DNA from: Entomortierella parvispora E1425
Lineage: Eukaryota > Fungi > Mortierellomycota
NCBI GenBank assembly: GCA_020891255.1
Contig: BQFW01000001.1
Span: 1,612,001 to 1,676,000 of the forward strand
Direction of reading: 5' to 3'
DNA length: 64,000 nucleotides
Shown one piece after another: positions 11,206 to 24,213 of this stretch. Made by a program: the position numbers and the translations under genes. Numbering within the stretch: the stretch's first letter is position 1; every line of letters begins with the position of its first letter. The notes below the pieces were generated by a model. That model made no database searches. It was not told where the DNA came from and worked only from the letters and a program-made list of their open reading frames with translations.

Positions 11206-14200
11206 ATACAGCTCATTGGATAATTGCAGGTCCGGCACCCATCTGCAAGGATTCCAGTTAGGCAGCTCTATGCGGAATTGAGGATCTCATAGCACCGTTC
11301 TTTGTAACACTAGGTTGAAGGGGAAGAGGGTAGTCCAACCAACAATTTGTATTATTAAAAAAACAAGTCATTTTCGATCGTTGTGGGTAAAGGAGATCTT
11401 TCGCTTGGAGACCGGGGAATATTCTTCCTGAAAATCTCTTGCAATCGATGACAGCAGAGAGAAGGAATCACCAGCTGCATCCCTTTCTACTTTATTCCTG
11501 AATGACCACAACACTCGCCCCATACGTTCTGTTGACGAAAGGATGATATCCGACAAAATGTGTGAATGTTGGGGAAAGATGGCCAAACGCGATTCCTTGC
11601 TAAAAAAAAATATGGCGCCGCCAATCATGATGGCAGTCTTTTGCCCTCGTTCAAAAATGGCAAAGGTTTTTGATACTCCTACAATTGTTTCCGTACGTGA
11701 TATCTGCGGGACATACATGCCCTGTGCCTCTAGGATACGCGCCTGCATCTCCTGTCTGCATTTCTGCAGGCATGGCAAAAATGGCGCAATGGGTTATGCA
11801 CATCTGAACAGGATAGGAAGAGCACACTCCTTTGCCTTTTCTTGCAGGAGAAGACGCAAAAACCACTTCCAGTGCGGGATATCCTTCCACGTCAAGAAAA
11901 AAAGGGAAATAACTGGATATGATTTTGTGCCCACACGTCTTGCAGCTGAGAACCCAGTGTGTGAATTTCGGCAACTGATACCTCAATGTCGACCCTGTGT
12001 CAATAACCTGGACATGGAACAAAATATGTGCATTCTGCTTGGCCTTTTTTTTTTTTTTTTTTTTTTGAAAGACAGGGGGATTAATCGAGGACATGGCTGT
12101 ATGCACCCAAAACCCATTGTTGTTCACCCTTGAAAAGCTCAAGCATCGAGCCTGCAATAGTCCACTGCTTTGTCTTTGAGTGTTCTCGGAGAGCCATCTT
12201 TTCTGAAAACATGACTGAACTACCGGGAAAAATTGCGCAAACCCCAGCTCCAGCATCATTTCCGCACGGGTATCGCCTGGTAAGGATCAAAAAAAGATAT
12301 TCATCCTCTTACCTGAAACTCCCGCAATCTTTTGGGCTTGAGCTCAGTGGGGGAGTAAGTTTGATTCGCTTGTTCGGTCGGCGGATTCTCGGCAGGTCAA
12401 GCAGAGTTGGATTTAAACCCCCTTTTATCTCTGCTATGCATTGCTATGCTTTGCCATGCTTTGCCATACGCCGTAAAGGACTCGCTTTGCCACGATCGCA
12501 TGTTTGTGGAAAAAAACAGAAATTAAAGCCATCAGCTGTTTGTTCCACGGCTGCTGACGTACTGTACTGGGAACATTAGCCACCGCTTTGCCTGCTTTCT
12601 GACAATTAATTCGTTCCACTCTATCTCCTTGTCGGGCGACCAATTTAGCCAGTTGTACCGATCAGTTGGTCAATTGCTTTGACTGAAAGGTTCGAGAGAT
12701 GGTCACCGATCAAGGTCACAAACAAATCGCTCAATCCCTTTGCCTACGGTAAAATCCTTACAGAGACACTCTCTTCTCTTCTCTAAAGCTCCCTTAATCT
12801 TAAAAGAAGTAATTGAGAGGACTGCGTGCAATATTTCGTAGATTTGAGCACAATTTATACGAGGATATCATCAAACCACAGTCGAAAAGGGGGGGAGGGG
12901 CGATGAACATCGCCTAGGGGGATGGGGAAGAAAGATAGAAAAGACTCATAGAATTATTCCCCTTGTTTTCTTTTTGTTAAAATACCCTTTGCTTTGCAAT
13001 CGCTAGCGTAAGTCAAGAACTGAGCCCAACAAGAACGTGGTATTTATTTGTTGCACCACAGGGGCGTGAAGACGATTCCGATAGTCCCGCTCGATAGTTT
13101 TTGATCGCTCTGCATCATCGGAGCTTATTACTCTCCTTTTCCCTCCCTGTTTTTTTTCCCGAGACAACTTGGATTGTATCCTGCCCCTGCATGCAAAAAA
13201 ACAAAAGCACTGGTCGAATTTGAGCAGAGCAAGAGGGACATAGACAAAGGTCTCGCGTCGTCTAGGAAAGATCCCGCTAAAGTTTTCACTCGCCGGTGTA
13301 ACTCTGAATCTGGTGGGATGTTTTGAAGGTAACCTAGGAACAAAAAATACCCGGAACTCTGAAGCTTAGGATGATACAAGAGTGGTTACAAGAATACCAA
13401 TGTTTTGTCCGGTATTTTCGGGATGAAAGAACGATGCACTCATGCCCAAAGAACAGAAAATACTCTGTAAGAATTAAATCGTGAAAAAAAAACTGGTGCT
13501 GACGTGTATTAGAGGAAGAACAGAAACAGAAAGACCGACCCCTAGGTTCGATTGTTCTCTGAAGGAGGCTATCAGGACTGTGTGTAGCCACATGTCCGAC
13601 CTCTGCCATCCATTAACCAAGAAGAACTTTCGGATTCCGAGATGTGGTCAATGTCCCTTCTCCCCATCCCCCCCGCAACCCCTTGTCACCTTTTCTGGTG
13701 GACTAGCCTTGAAAACCACAGCAGGTGTCACGATAACTTTAGGCGTGGCCTTCTTTTCCTCTAAACCAAACAAGAATGTTGTCCATGGCTCCGTCCTTGT
13801 CGTTCCTCCCTCCCTGAAAAGCTTCCGACCCTATTGACATTTTGCAGGGCCGCAGGGGTAGACGCAATAGCAAAAGACTCGATCATGTCATCTTGTACTT
13901 CGTAATTGAAAAGGGGGATGGTAAGTGTTGGTTCAAGTCCTGGTTTGTAGATGAAGATGAATAAAAGTACATTCTTGCATTTGGGATATAGGAGACCAAG
14001 ATGAAGACGACCATACCTGTGCCTGGTCGACAGGGTGTGATACCCACAGTTGTGACAGGTAAAATGATCCAAGGAAGAACTCGAGCCTCTATTGCTAGAG
14101 GGCACTACGCGAGAGAGAACTGGAAAGCAGAAGCACACGTATCTGGAATTGCGAGAGGGTGAGAAGGCGAAGCAGTCTCAGAGCACGTTTTCATTGGCAG

Positions 14201-14320
14201 AGGAGTGACGACGCTTCGCCATGCATTAAAAGAGACAATTGACTTTGCCACGAGAGGGTCTGTCTCTTTGCCTTCTTCCCCGCTCCCCACCCCTGAGATC
14301 GACTTCACAATAGAGACATC

Positions 14321-17300
14321 ATGGTCGACGGCAAAATACCCTCCAGTTTTGATTGCAGTCCAGGCTCCAGCTCCTCTAGTATGGCATCCTCGGCGTCTTC
14401 ACTTACTTCCTCAAACTCCCTTCAGCCCTTGGGCACACATCAGCCCTTGATATCTTCACCCACCTCGCTTTCGTCCCCGATAGGAGTACTCTGTGACAAC
14501 TCCAATCCGTGGCTTGACATTGAAAGAGGCTATCTACTTCAACAACAAGAACAAGACGCAAAGGACCTGCAACGGCAGAATCAGGAGAACTCCTGGTTAT
14601 TGAAATGCCCCCCAGAAGTAATATCTTGGATACTCTTTTGGTTGGCCGATGGACTCGAGATCAATAACCTGTTAAGTACATGCAGTCTTCTCTCGAGGCA
14701 CTGGATCTCGTGGGATTGGTTTGAACTCTCGAGGCGGCGCTTCCCCAACTGGCTCAGGGAATCGAATTTGAGCGACCTGCCAGATGCAGAACTGTCCTTT
14801 CAACGACCGAACTTGGTCGGCCTGGCTGGGCAAGGGTCGATCATCGTCTCGAATTGGAAAAGGATTTTCGTCAGAGACGCCGCTCTTCGAAGAAGAATAG
14901 CTTTGCCACTGCCTCCCAATGTAAGTGTGTGTGTGTGTGCGTTCATTTAAAACACCTTTTATTGTCGCCGTTATGAACAAGGGGAAGTCGACGAGAGCCG
15001 CTCTTTGTTTAGGAGGAGGGACATGAAACGAGAAAGAGCCGAAGGAAGGCAAAGCGTTTTGGAAAATCTCCCTAATCGACGAGAGCAATAACTAATCCAT
15101 GATGGAGCTGAATTCTCCTCGGAAGATGGATCTGCATTCGATTGATGACGATCTGATGACCAAAGGCAATGGACCCTCACCGCGGAAATTTTTTTCAATG
15201 TTTTTTTGTAGGATATCGCCCAAAACAATGTGGCTTTGTACGAGGGCGATGCAGGTTTGTTGGATCGCACTCCTGAACGTCCATATCTCCATGAACGCGA
15301 TCTCAATAACCTGAGGGCTCTTCTCGATGACCCCCAGTACTTCAAGAGTGACACCAAGACCGAGTCAGAGAAGTGGTCAAGGGTTTCGTCACCCGTTTAT
15401 AACATTGACTTGGACTCCAAGACAACGCTCGCTGCCTCGATGCTGGCAAGAAAAGACGAGGCCTCGGACCAATTCGAATTCCGTGTACTCATCTATGCCT
15501 TGCCTGACCTCACAAACCCGATCGCAATCTGTGACAGCAAGCTTTGGACGGTTGACCAAGTTGTTGATCCCGTCGTCGCTGCAGCTCGAGATACCCGTCG
15601 GAGATTGCAGCAGCAGCAAGGACAGGAGGGGCTTGATGATATAGTCACTGAGGAAGTCCAGTCCCCCCAAGCTTCTACTGCCACACCGCAGCAAAACTCT
15701 TTCCCGCCAACGGCGATGACAACTCCTGGCAATCAGCCCCCTATTCGAAGACCGTGGCACGATCCTTACACCCCTAGTGAGCTACCAGTCGTACAGCTGG
15801 TTGAATTGAAGCACTCCATTCTGGCCTCGACCAAGGACAAGGACAACAACATCAAAGGCCGCATGACGAGTGAGATGAAGGTCATGTTTGCGCTGGCTTT
15901 TGGGCAAAACGTGGGCGAGGACGACATGTTACTTCTGGACGTGTGGCGGCTTGTAAAAATAGTGGAGATCACACTCCCGTCCATTCCAAGGGATCAAGAT
16001 GGATTTGTCACTGTTTCAATCGACTCTTTGCCACCACCTGTCTTGGTTCAAGTCGAGACTATCGACGTCAGCGCCGAGGAGGATATGAGGGCGCGGATGG
16101 TCAAAATCTACACTATAAACGTCGAAGAGTCTGCGCCCGCATCCGTATCGACTGCATCGCCAGCTCCCACGACAGATTCGACTCAGCCGACAGTTATGGC
16201 TCTCAAGGAAGGGAAAACACATGGGCTGTTTGTCAACAGGGTGTTATCTACGCAGTCAAATGTCGACAACATCCAAACCGCAAACGCCACTACAGCGCAG
16301 CCCACTCTCGTGACGAAAACATGCATTGTCATATTTGGCATCCAAAGTAATGACGCGTCCGCTGCCATGATGCTGCGCAAGGTCATCTTTGCATCCTCTG
16401 AAAAAGAAAGCCAGGAGTCCTTGTGCACGCGGCTCATCAGTGGAGGAGTGAGCTGTATGACCCTTTTCCCTTACCAGAGTGGCTACGATCGATTGCTTGT
16501 ACTTTACAACCGACATGGACGAGGCATGATATGGGATTGGGTGAACGAGAACCAAGTAGCGCAATTGCGAATGCCGGACGACAGAGCTGTGATGAATGCA
16601 AGGCCAGCTGTCGTTGGAAATGTAAATGCTGCGGCCAACAACAACAATAATAATAATGCTCAGGCTGGAGGCGCAACTGCTCCCGTCAGGCGGCGGTTGT
16701 CCTATTGGGGTGTGCAAGTCTCGTTCACAGAGACGCCGAATCCGTTCACCCTCGAGCCAGAAGGACGCCGCTCCTTCAAGATTGTGACGCTTGCAGATGG
16801 TCAGGAACACGAATGGGAGTCTTGCTTTTGGAACGTGGATTCTCTGATGTTAGGTCCAATAGACTCCAAACTGCCAGAGCAGACAGCTTTTGTGCCGATC
16901 AAGAGACACCATCCGCTCCTAACTGGAGCAATGAGAAAGGCCCGTGATGACAACATGAAGTACATCCGGAAGTGGCGGTCAGACGAGCAGACAAAGCGCG
17001 ATCAACCTTCATTTACTGCTGCAGCTATCACGACACCTACACTGGTGGCCACCACGACCTCAACAAACACCACGACGGCCCCAACTTCGACTGCGGCACC
17101 TGCAACCACAACCACAACTGCGACCGCAACACCGGCCACAACAACAAATACAGCTCCAAAACCATCTGCACCGCCTCCCGCTCCGATAATCTTTGCAATT
17201 AATAAGCGATTTGAGGAGAGGACCCTTGGAATCCGAATTCCAACAGGGATCGAAAAGTGGGGACCACCCGAAACGCAGCAATGGATCGAGTCTGTGCGAG

Positions 17301-17575
17301 CAAGTGAACCAGTTCATTTCAATGCTTATGTGGTCTGGAACCGATACCGCATCTCTTTAACGACCGACCAGGGTTTGGTTATAGTGGATCTTGAGGAAAC
17401 GAGCTCTGATCGTCCTCAGGATAGCCCAGACAGAGAGTGGGTTCAGTACCTCAAGGATGGAACTGATAATCCATTGGTGGATATCGCGACTGTCAATAAC
17501 AATCTGGTGATTACACAGAAGTTTGGACATCTTGTCTGGCCATTTTATGGGCCTCCACAAACGTCGGTGACTTGA
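14321..17575 (+). CDS. F-box-like protein, about 987 aa (exons 14321-14920 and 15212-17575)
   Basis: F-box-like LLKCPPEVISWILFWLADGLEINNLLSTCSLL. The GTAAGT donor at 14921 and TAG acceptor at 15211 join the two ORFs in phase 0. Thr/Ala/Pro-rich insert near the C-terminus. Confidence 0.75.
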
Positions 17576-17708
17576 AAGGCAAACACGATGATCTGTAGAG
17601 ACCCCAGCGATGAGCCCCGTCTCCTTCTTCGCCAAAGCACGATAATTCAAGGAAGAACCTGGGTGAGAGTTGCTTTGGGTAAGAACTGTGATTGTATCTT
17701 TAGAAATC

Positions 17709-17787
17709 AGCCACCCCAGGGCGAAAGCGCGATCACGCGCGAGCTGGCGTGTCTTCAGAGTTAGCCACCCCGAGGCGAAAGCGCGAT
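17709..17787. repeat. Imperfect 25-bp direct repeat (17709-17733 and 17763-17787) with a 29-bp spacer
   Basis: AGCCACCCCAGGGCGAAAGCGCGAT versus AGCCACCCCGAGGCGAAAGCGCGAT (2 mismatches). Confidence 0.85.
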
Positions 17788-18727
17788 TGCGCAACTGATA
17801 AAGAACTACTCACGGAACTCATGGAGCTCACGGAGTGGTATTTGCCCAGCGGTGTAACGACCTCGATGACGCGCGGATCCAACGACGTTCAAGGTTACTG
17901 GATTATAATGCTTCCATTGGAAAGGCTCTATGGCAATCGACCGAGTTGTAAAAGATACCATGAAGGATGAACGTAGGACTATTTAAGCATGTTCAAGGCA
18001 CGCTTGATGGCAGGGTCTCTGTCAGACTGGATGTCTGGCCTCAAGCAGTAATGAACAGCACACAGATCAATTTGTAAAATATCTTTAGATGTAAAAGCAT
18101 TGGCATAGAAATTGTGATGGCACTATTGATTTGGTACACTGCAACAATGTTTCAAAGTGGGTGATGGTATTGGGAAGCGTCTCTCATCCTCTGCAACGAA
18201 AGGACATGGTCTTGCTTTTGTGCTGAACAACAAGTCAACAAGTCGGATGCCCATTTTCCGGACATTTTAATTTCAGGCTTTTTCTCTTTTTGTTTTTTTT
18301 TCTTTCCCGCATCTGGTGCAACTTGGCTGACTTTTGTGGACGCAAATGATGGCTGGTCAAGGTCAACAGCTCTGATTCTGGTGCAATGTTAACGAAAGAA
18401 TAGAGTAGTTCAAATGCCAGACGACATGATACAGCGCGAGGTTTGCTCTCATTTGTAGTCAAGGATCACTTTACCATTTCCACAACCTGCATGCATCTTT
18501 CCTTATATCAAGTTTTCTCTTGCAACGCGACACCGAGTCCACCAAGACACCACACAATCGCGTCCAACACTGGCTTTTTAAGAGTTTGTTTTTCATTTTC
18601 AAAGAAATGGCGGGTAGGGGTTTGGGGGAGAGAGGGGTGAGTATTAGGGGATAAATATAAAAAAACATATGAACAGATTAGAAAGTACAGAAAGAAAGAA
18701 ATCCTATGGTGAAGGGTTGTGTTTTTT

Positions 18728-21700
18728 TTAACAGAGCAAAGAATGGACACTCATTCGCTTGCGTGCAGCCTCTATAGCCTTGACAGCCCGAGTCTCTTCA
18801 TCCTCAATGGAGCAGCGACAAACACTGCCGCAAGCACCACTCAAGCATGTCACAGGCCCTGTCGTTGTCTTGCTCCGACTGATGTATGATGAGCGGCCTA
18901 CACTGCTTGTTCGCCTAAGCGCACTTCCGCTGCGACCATACGAAGACGATGACGACTTCTCACTTAAAGTAGGGGAGCTCGGACCAGTACTGAAAGGATT
19001 AACAGCCCCACTACTAGTATGGTGACGGTGATGGTGACGCGACGAGGTCACCTCGTCTGGTGGATTATACTGTCCTCCGTTTGTCTCCAGTCCACCATAA
19101 CGTGGCTGTTGTTGATGCTGGTATTGATGGGATTGTGATCCGAGACTGGACCCAGGACTGAGAGACTCTCGATGACTGGATGGGCTCCTGGACCCCTCGT
19201 GATCGAAATAGAGGCTTCCTCCCCCTAATTCGGCAGGCATGGCCCCTTCCACCACAGAGTCCCGCTCCCGCTGCCCCAGTACCTGATGAATAGCATCCTT
19301 GGGTCGCTCTGCATCCATGCCAGACCGTCCAGTGGCTGGACACCTGTCTCTGTCCTTCCACTGCTCCGACATCTTGGCCCAGGGACAAGGTGGCTTTGTC
19401 TCCTCTCCAGCATCAATGCCTGCCTCAGTCGACGAATTCTCGCCTCTCTCTACCCCTCGCGTCTGTAGCAGAGCCTGCAGTTGCTGTTGTTGCAAAAGTC
19501 GCTCTCGCTGCTGCTGGCCATGCACAATTGGACAAACACCCGTGGCTGAATTCTCAACATTGGGGTGGTCCGGAGGCATGCTTTGCAACTCCAATTTGAT
19601 GCTTGACTGGTAGGAAGCTGATGCTGACGCTGTAGCTCCTGATGTGGATGATAAAGAAGGTGACATTGGTGCCTGGGCTGGTCGACTCGTTGAATTTGAC
19701 GAAGACAAAAGAACTGAAGTCAAAGAAGAGGTTGGCCGCAATGTCTGATGGTGCTGAAGATGATGATGATCCTGATGTCTATTATCAATATCACGGTTCC
19801 GGTCATGACTGTCCGCCATATCCGCTAGAGGTCGCTTCATCGACTGTGGTGGCGACCGAGATGCGAACGAAGCCCCAAATGCAGAGGAAGAAAGGTCCCT
19901 TTGCAGCGATTTTGGTGTCCTCATTACCAAGTCCTGGCGAGAACTCTGGGAGGCCTGCTGCAAAGGCGTGGGCGAAGGCAGTGGTAGGTGATGACGCCTC
20001 AGGCTTCCAAAAGCTGGTGAAGGCTCTGAACGGTTCAAATACTTGGACACGCCAAATCCTCCCATTGGGGCCGAGAGTGTCCGGAAAGGGTCCGCAAAGA
20101 GTGTGGGAAGACGCGACGTCGGAGAATTGTGACTCGAGTGACCAGAACCCCCGAGTGGCTCGGAGTCGTACAACCACCGTGCCTGGTGCAGCGGGCCTGT
20201 TCTCATAGGCGGTACTGAACCCGAGTGTGTCGAAGGTTTGCCAAGTGAGACGGTATAAGACAGAGAAGAGGACGACGAAGGCGTGCTTGAAGAGGGGGAG
20301 GAAGAAGTTGCCGACATTCCATAACTAAGCGGGAATCGATTTTGAGATGCACCCCCCGAATGAAGAGGTGAGAGGGTGGAGGGTGATGGGAAGGCTGGTG
20401 AATTGGCAGACGAGGACGTAGGGCCTCCTGTGAAGATGGGTGGCAGCGAAATCTTTCTCGACTCTGCTCCACTGATAGGTTCCATGGTCGAGTATCGCTG
20501 GGCCAGTGTCGGCTGCTGTTGCTGTTGGGGATGAGGTTGACTGAGACGCTTGGGGGCATAGGATGAATCAAGGTAACTGACGCCATGATTGGACGACGCT
20601 TGGGTATCACTGCTGTAGAGTCCCGTCCGGGTTTCATCCATCGACTGCCGCTCCGTGGGCCGTGGGCGGTCATTGTACAGAGGCGGGGGAGAGTGCCGAG
20701 ACATAACACAAACCACATACGCATGCTCGATGCTCAGACCTCGAGAGAGGTCAGTGCCGAGACCTCCACCCACATACATCCTGACTGAAAAGAGGTCAGA
20801 CCCACCATCGGCATGGCAAATTCTGATCACATCCGTGTACTCGCTGGACCCAGGTGCACTCGACGACATGATCCCAGGTCGATTTTGGTAAAACACAGGA
20901 GACGAAGAATCCAAAAAAGAAATGTGGGAGACATGCTGTGATCCATTAGATGATGCAGCCGAAAAGACGGCATCCCGGATCATTCTTAGCAAATCCCTCA
21001 TCTTGCCCTGGTCCTCGTTCGCAACGATCGAGTAGAGCGACTTGTGGCTGATATCATGAGGATGGTATCCCCACATGGCCTGCGACTCATCCGACACGCG
21101 GGCACAGATCAGGTCCATTGTCAAGAAAAGAGTCGCCAGAGGCAATCCACTTGGGCCAGAGTAGACCTCCTGAGGTCGCTTGACTTGAGAAGTCGAGGAA
21201 TAGTAAAATTGGTCCTGACGTTCGCTCGGGAGGGAAGGTTCTGAGTGTAACGACAACGGACGACCGCCCTGGTATGAGGGTACAGAAGGTTGGCTGGTCC
21301 GGTACGACAGAGACGACGAAGGTCGCTCTGGCTCTGGGTGAGAGGCAAAGGACGATGGGCGATCCTGCTGTAAATTGTTCTATATTTCAGTGGTGAAAAC
21401 CAAATGTTAGTCGGTGCCCACAGGAGCAAAGGAGCCTAATTTACATTTGGGCGCTGCGCTAAGCCTGAACGTGGAGCAAACAAACACATACAGGGATGGT
21501 CTCATTGGACGGTGTCTGCGGAAATGATGCCGATGTTGTGGACGAGGGACCAACGGATGCTCTACAATGCATGCCAACAAGAGGGGTAACAGAGAGTTAG
21601 TGTGGTATTCAAAAGGGTCAGCCACCGCAGTTTTTTTTTGGCCAAAAACAAACAGGGGACTCAACATACTTCGAGTTGACTAGACCTGTCTTTTTGGGCA

Positions 21701-24213
21701 TCTTGTAGTTGACAGACTTTGTGTATTTGTTCTTGGGGCGCGCAGTCTTTGCCAGCGACGACGTGAGCAAAGACCTTGATCCTGCAGCAGCGGTGCCTTT
21801 TGAAGGCACCCCCGTGCCCGACGACGCATTCCATTCCAAAGCAATGGCCTTGTCAACCAACTTTGGGCGCCCACGCTTCTTGTGTTCGACATCACGACAA
21901 GTGTCATCCTTCCCTACAGATATGCATCGTTTGCATGGTCGTGAAACTAGGAAAAGAGAGGGATGACAGAAAAGGAGGATCATATCAACAACTGGATCTG
22001 GATCGACGGCTGATTTTTTTCTGGGATCGGGCGTGTTGGGTTCAAAGGCGCACACACGCACGAGCGCACGCCACTCGCAAAAGGACAAAGGCCCAATGAG
22101 GTCGCGGTCCTTGATCGATCGCGTGGATTTGAATTGCTTGTGGAGAGCAATAAATAAAATAAAATAAAATAAACGAAAAAGGGGGGGACCAACAGAGACA
22201 AACAGAGAGAGGAAGGAGCATCGACGAGACGGGAATGAAGATTGAGGACGTTCTTTTTTTTTTCTTTGCGTTGCTCCGGACAAAGGGTAGGATGTGCGCT
22301 GATTGCCCAGCCTTCACTCCGAGGTCTCTCAGGTGCCGTTGTTTGTTGTCTCTTACTCGAACGGTAACAGGTAACACGGACACACCGTGAGAACGAAAAG
22401 GTAATGACAAAAAGAAATTGAACCAACCAACCCGAGAAGGGACGAGCAAACACGCCTGTTTGTTGCGTTGTGAGGCGAGGGCGCGGGTCAAGAAAAGAGC
22501 CAAAAAAATAAAATAAAAAAATAATGAAAAAATAAAGGAAAAAAAGATGACCGCCAGGGACCGATGGACTGTGTTCCGCCCACAAGGACAATTGGAGAGC
22601 CTCTTCCCATTCATGGAAAATGAAAGGTTCTGCAACCAAAGAAAAACGACTGACAATTGGGCGACGAGGAGATGAAGGCAAGGGCCAGAAAAGACGACTG
22701 AATTGGACGAGAGCAGTGGACACAAACACAAAGGAAAACACGGCTCGACCCCATCCACAGAAACAGACGAGGCAAAGATGCTCTGTGCCCAACCAGATTG
22801 TCTTGTGGACGGTCCCTGTGGTGCGCTTGTTTTTCACTGCTCAACAAGTTGTCAACACTGGGGATTGGTCTGCCCAGGGAACGATATTGGATTGGGAAAG
22901 TTGGATGGTGGGGTGGCATCACCGCAACTGCAGGGAAGGAGCAACGGTTGTGTGGAGCAATAGAGGGAGGACAGAAGAAGGGGCGGGCGATACCGACAGT
23001 GAAGAGGAGGAGGATGAGGATGGCGAGAGTATGGTGTGGTGGATGAGATGATATGGCGAATCCCATCACTCGAGAAACCAATCGACCGACCAACGGACGG
23101 ACTAACGGATGAACAAACCAACATCACCCACCACAGCCCCGCACCAGCAGAGCAAGCAAGGCAGAAAGAGACACGGCCCTATGCTGTTTGATCGATATCG
23201 CGCTGCAAACATGTGTCCGTCCGTCGCCATTATTGTCCGTTCTTCTAATCGCCGCTGGTTTCTTGGTCCTTCCCTTCGTTCTCCGCGAACCCCTCATGTC
23301 CCGTTTGTCCTCTCGTGGGCCCCCTCTCGCTTGGCTCATGCTCACAACGGTCCCTTGCCTCCCATACTTCCCTCCCCTGCGTCTGTCCGCAGTTTGAAGC
23401 GAACTAATGGCCCTGGTTCTGTTCTCATATTTTGTTCATTCTTTTTTGTACGCTCATACACTGTCCCCATTTTCATAGTACATTCCCCCTCTCAAATACT
23501 GGCCCGGAGATACTCCAATAAATGTAAAAAAAGAAAGAAAAAAAATATGCAATGCACAAGAATATTCTCCTCCTTCCTCACCCCTCGCTCACTCACTCCC
23601 TCGTGTCTGCACTTTGTCCTCTAGCTGCGCGCAAGAGATGATGGGATCGATCCGATTCATTGAAAAAGGGGAAGAGATGGACAGTGATGCGTGCTGGCAG
23701 TAGTGATGGTAATATGACATGACTTTTCAGAGCAGTCAAGCAGTCGACCTGACTGCCCTGGCTCGGCAAAACAGGACAGGAAATGACTAAGGCATCGACT
23801 GATAGGCTGACAGGTGTGGATGGAATTGGATTTGACTCGAGACAGAAAAAACGCGCGTCCAATACCCCCTCCTCGTCCTGTCCCTTCCTCTCCCCTTCCC
23901 TCTCTCTCTCTCTCTCTCTCTGATGAAAAGGGCACTTACGGTCACAGGCAAGATGGGCTTTCTTGCAGTTGATGCATGCACTAGGCACATGAGCCTTGGC
24001 TGACTTGACTCTCGGTGCCGGCTGAGCCCCGGCTCCAGTTCCTGTCTGGAGAGGCGTCAGGCTAAGACCAGGCTCTGACATGGGTGACGGATGGACCTCC
24101 ATCGGAGTCATGGGTGTGTGGGGTGAGGATGCAGAGGAGTGAGAGTGCGACTGTGAGAGCGACGGAGACTCTGGCCGCAGAACCTCGGTCTCCATCAGGT
24201 ATGAATGGGACAT
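18728..24213 (-). CDS. Zn(II)2Cys6 transcription factor (Ert1/Rds2/AcuK-type) with AT-hook-like motif and PAS-like domain
   Basis: The spliced cluster CINCKKAHLACD|LSRPCKRCISVGKDDTC (C-x2-C-x6-C-x5-C-x2-C-x8-C) is followed by KKRGRPK. The PAS-like segment is TLFLTMDLICARVSDESQAMWGYHPHDISHKSLYSIV. The first intron is 23939-21947. Confidence 0.85.

Noticed and set aside
13540-13560. GGTTCGA T-loop-like motifs (also near 12690 and 46077) as tRNA genes
   Set aside because: No acceptor stem, D-arm or A-box at appropriate spacing, and the 46077 hit lies in the MRF1 gene region.
17709-17787. 25-bp repeats with a 29-bp spacer as a mini-CRISPR
   Set aside because: Sizes are CRISPR-like, but there are only two imperfect copies, no leader or cas genes, and the period is a multiple of 3, consistent with a coding duplication.
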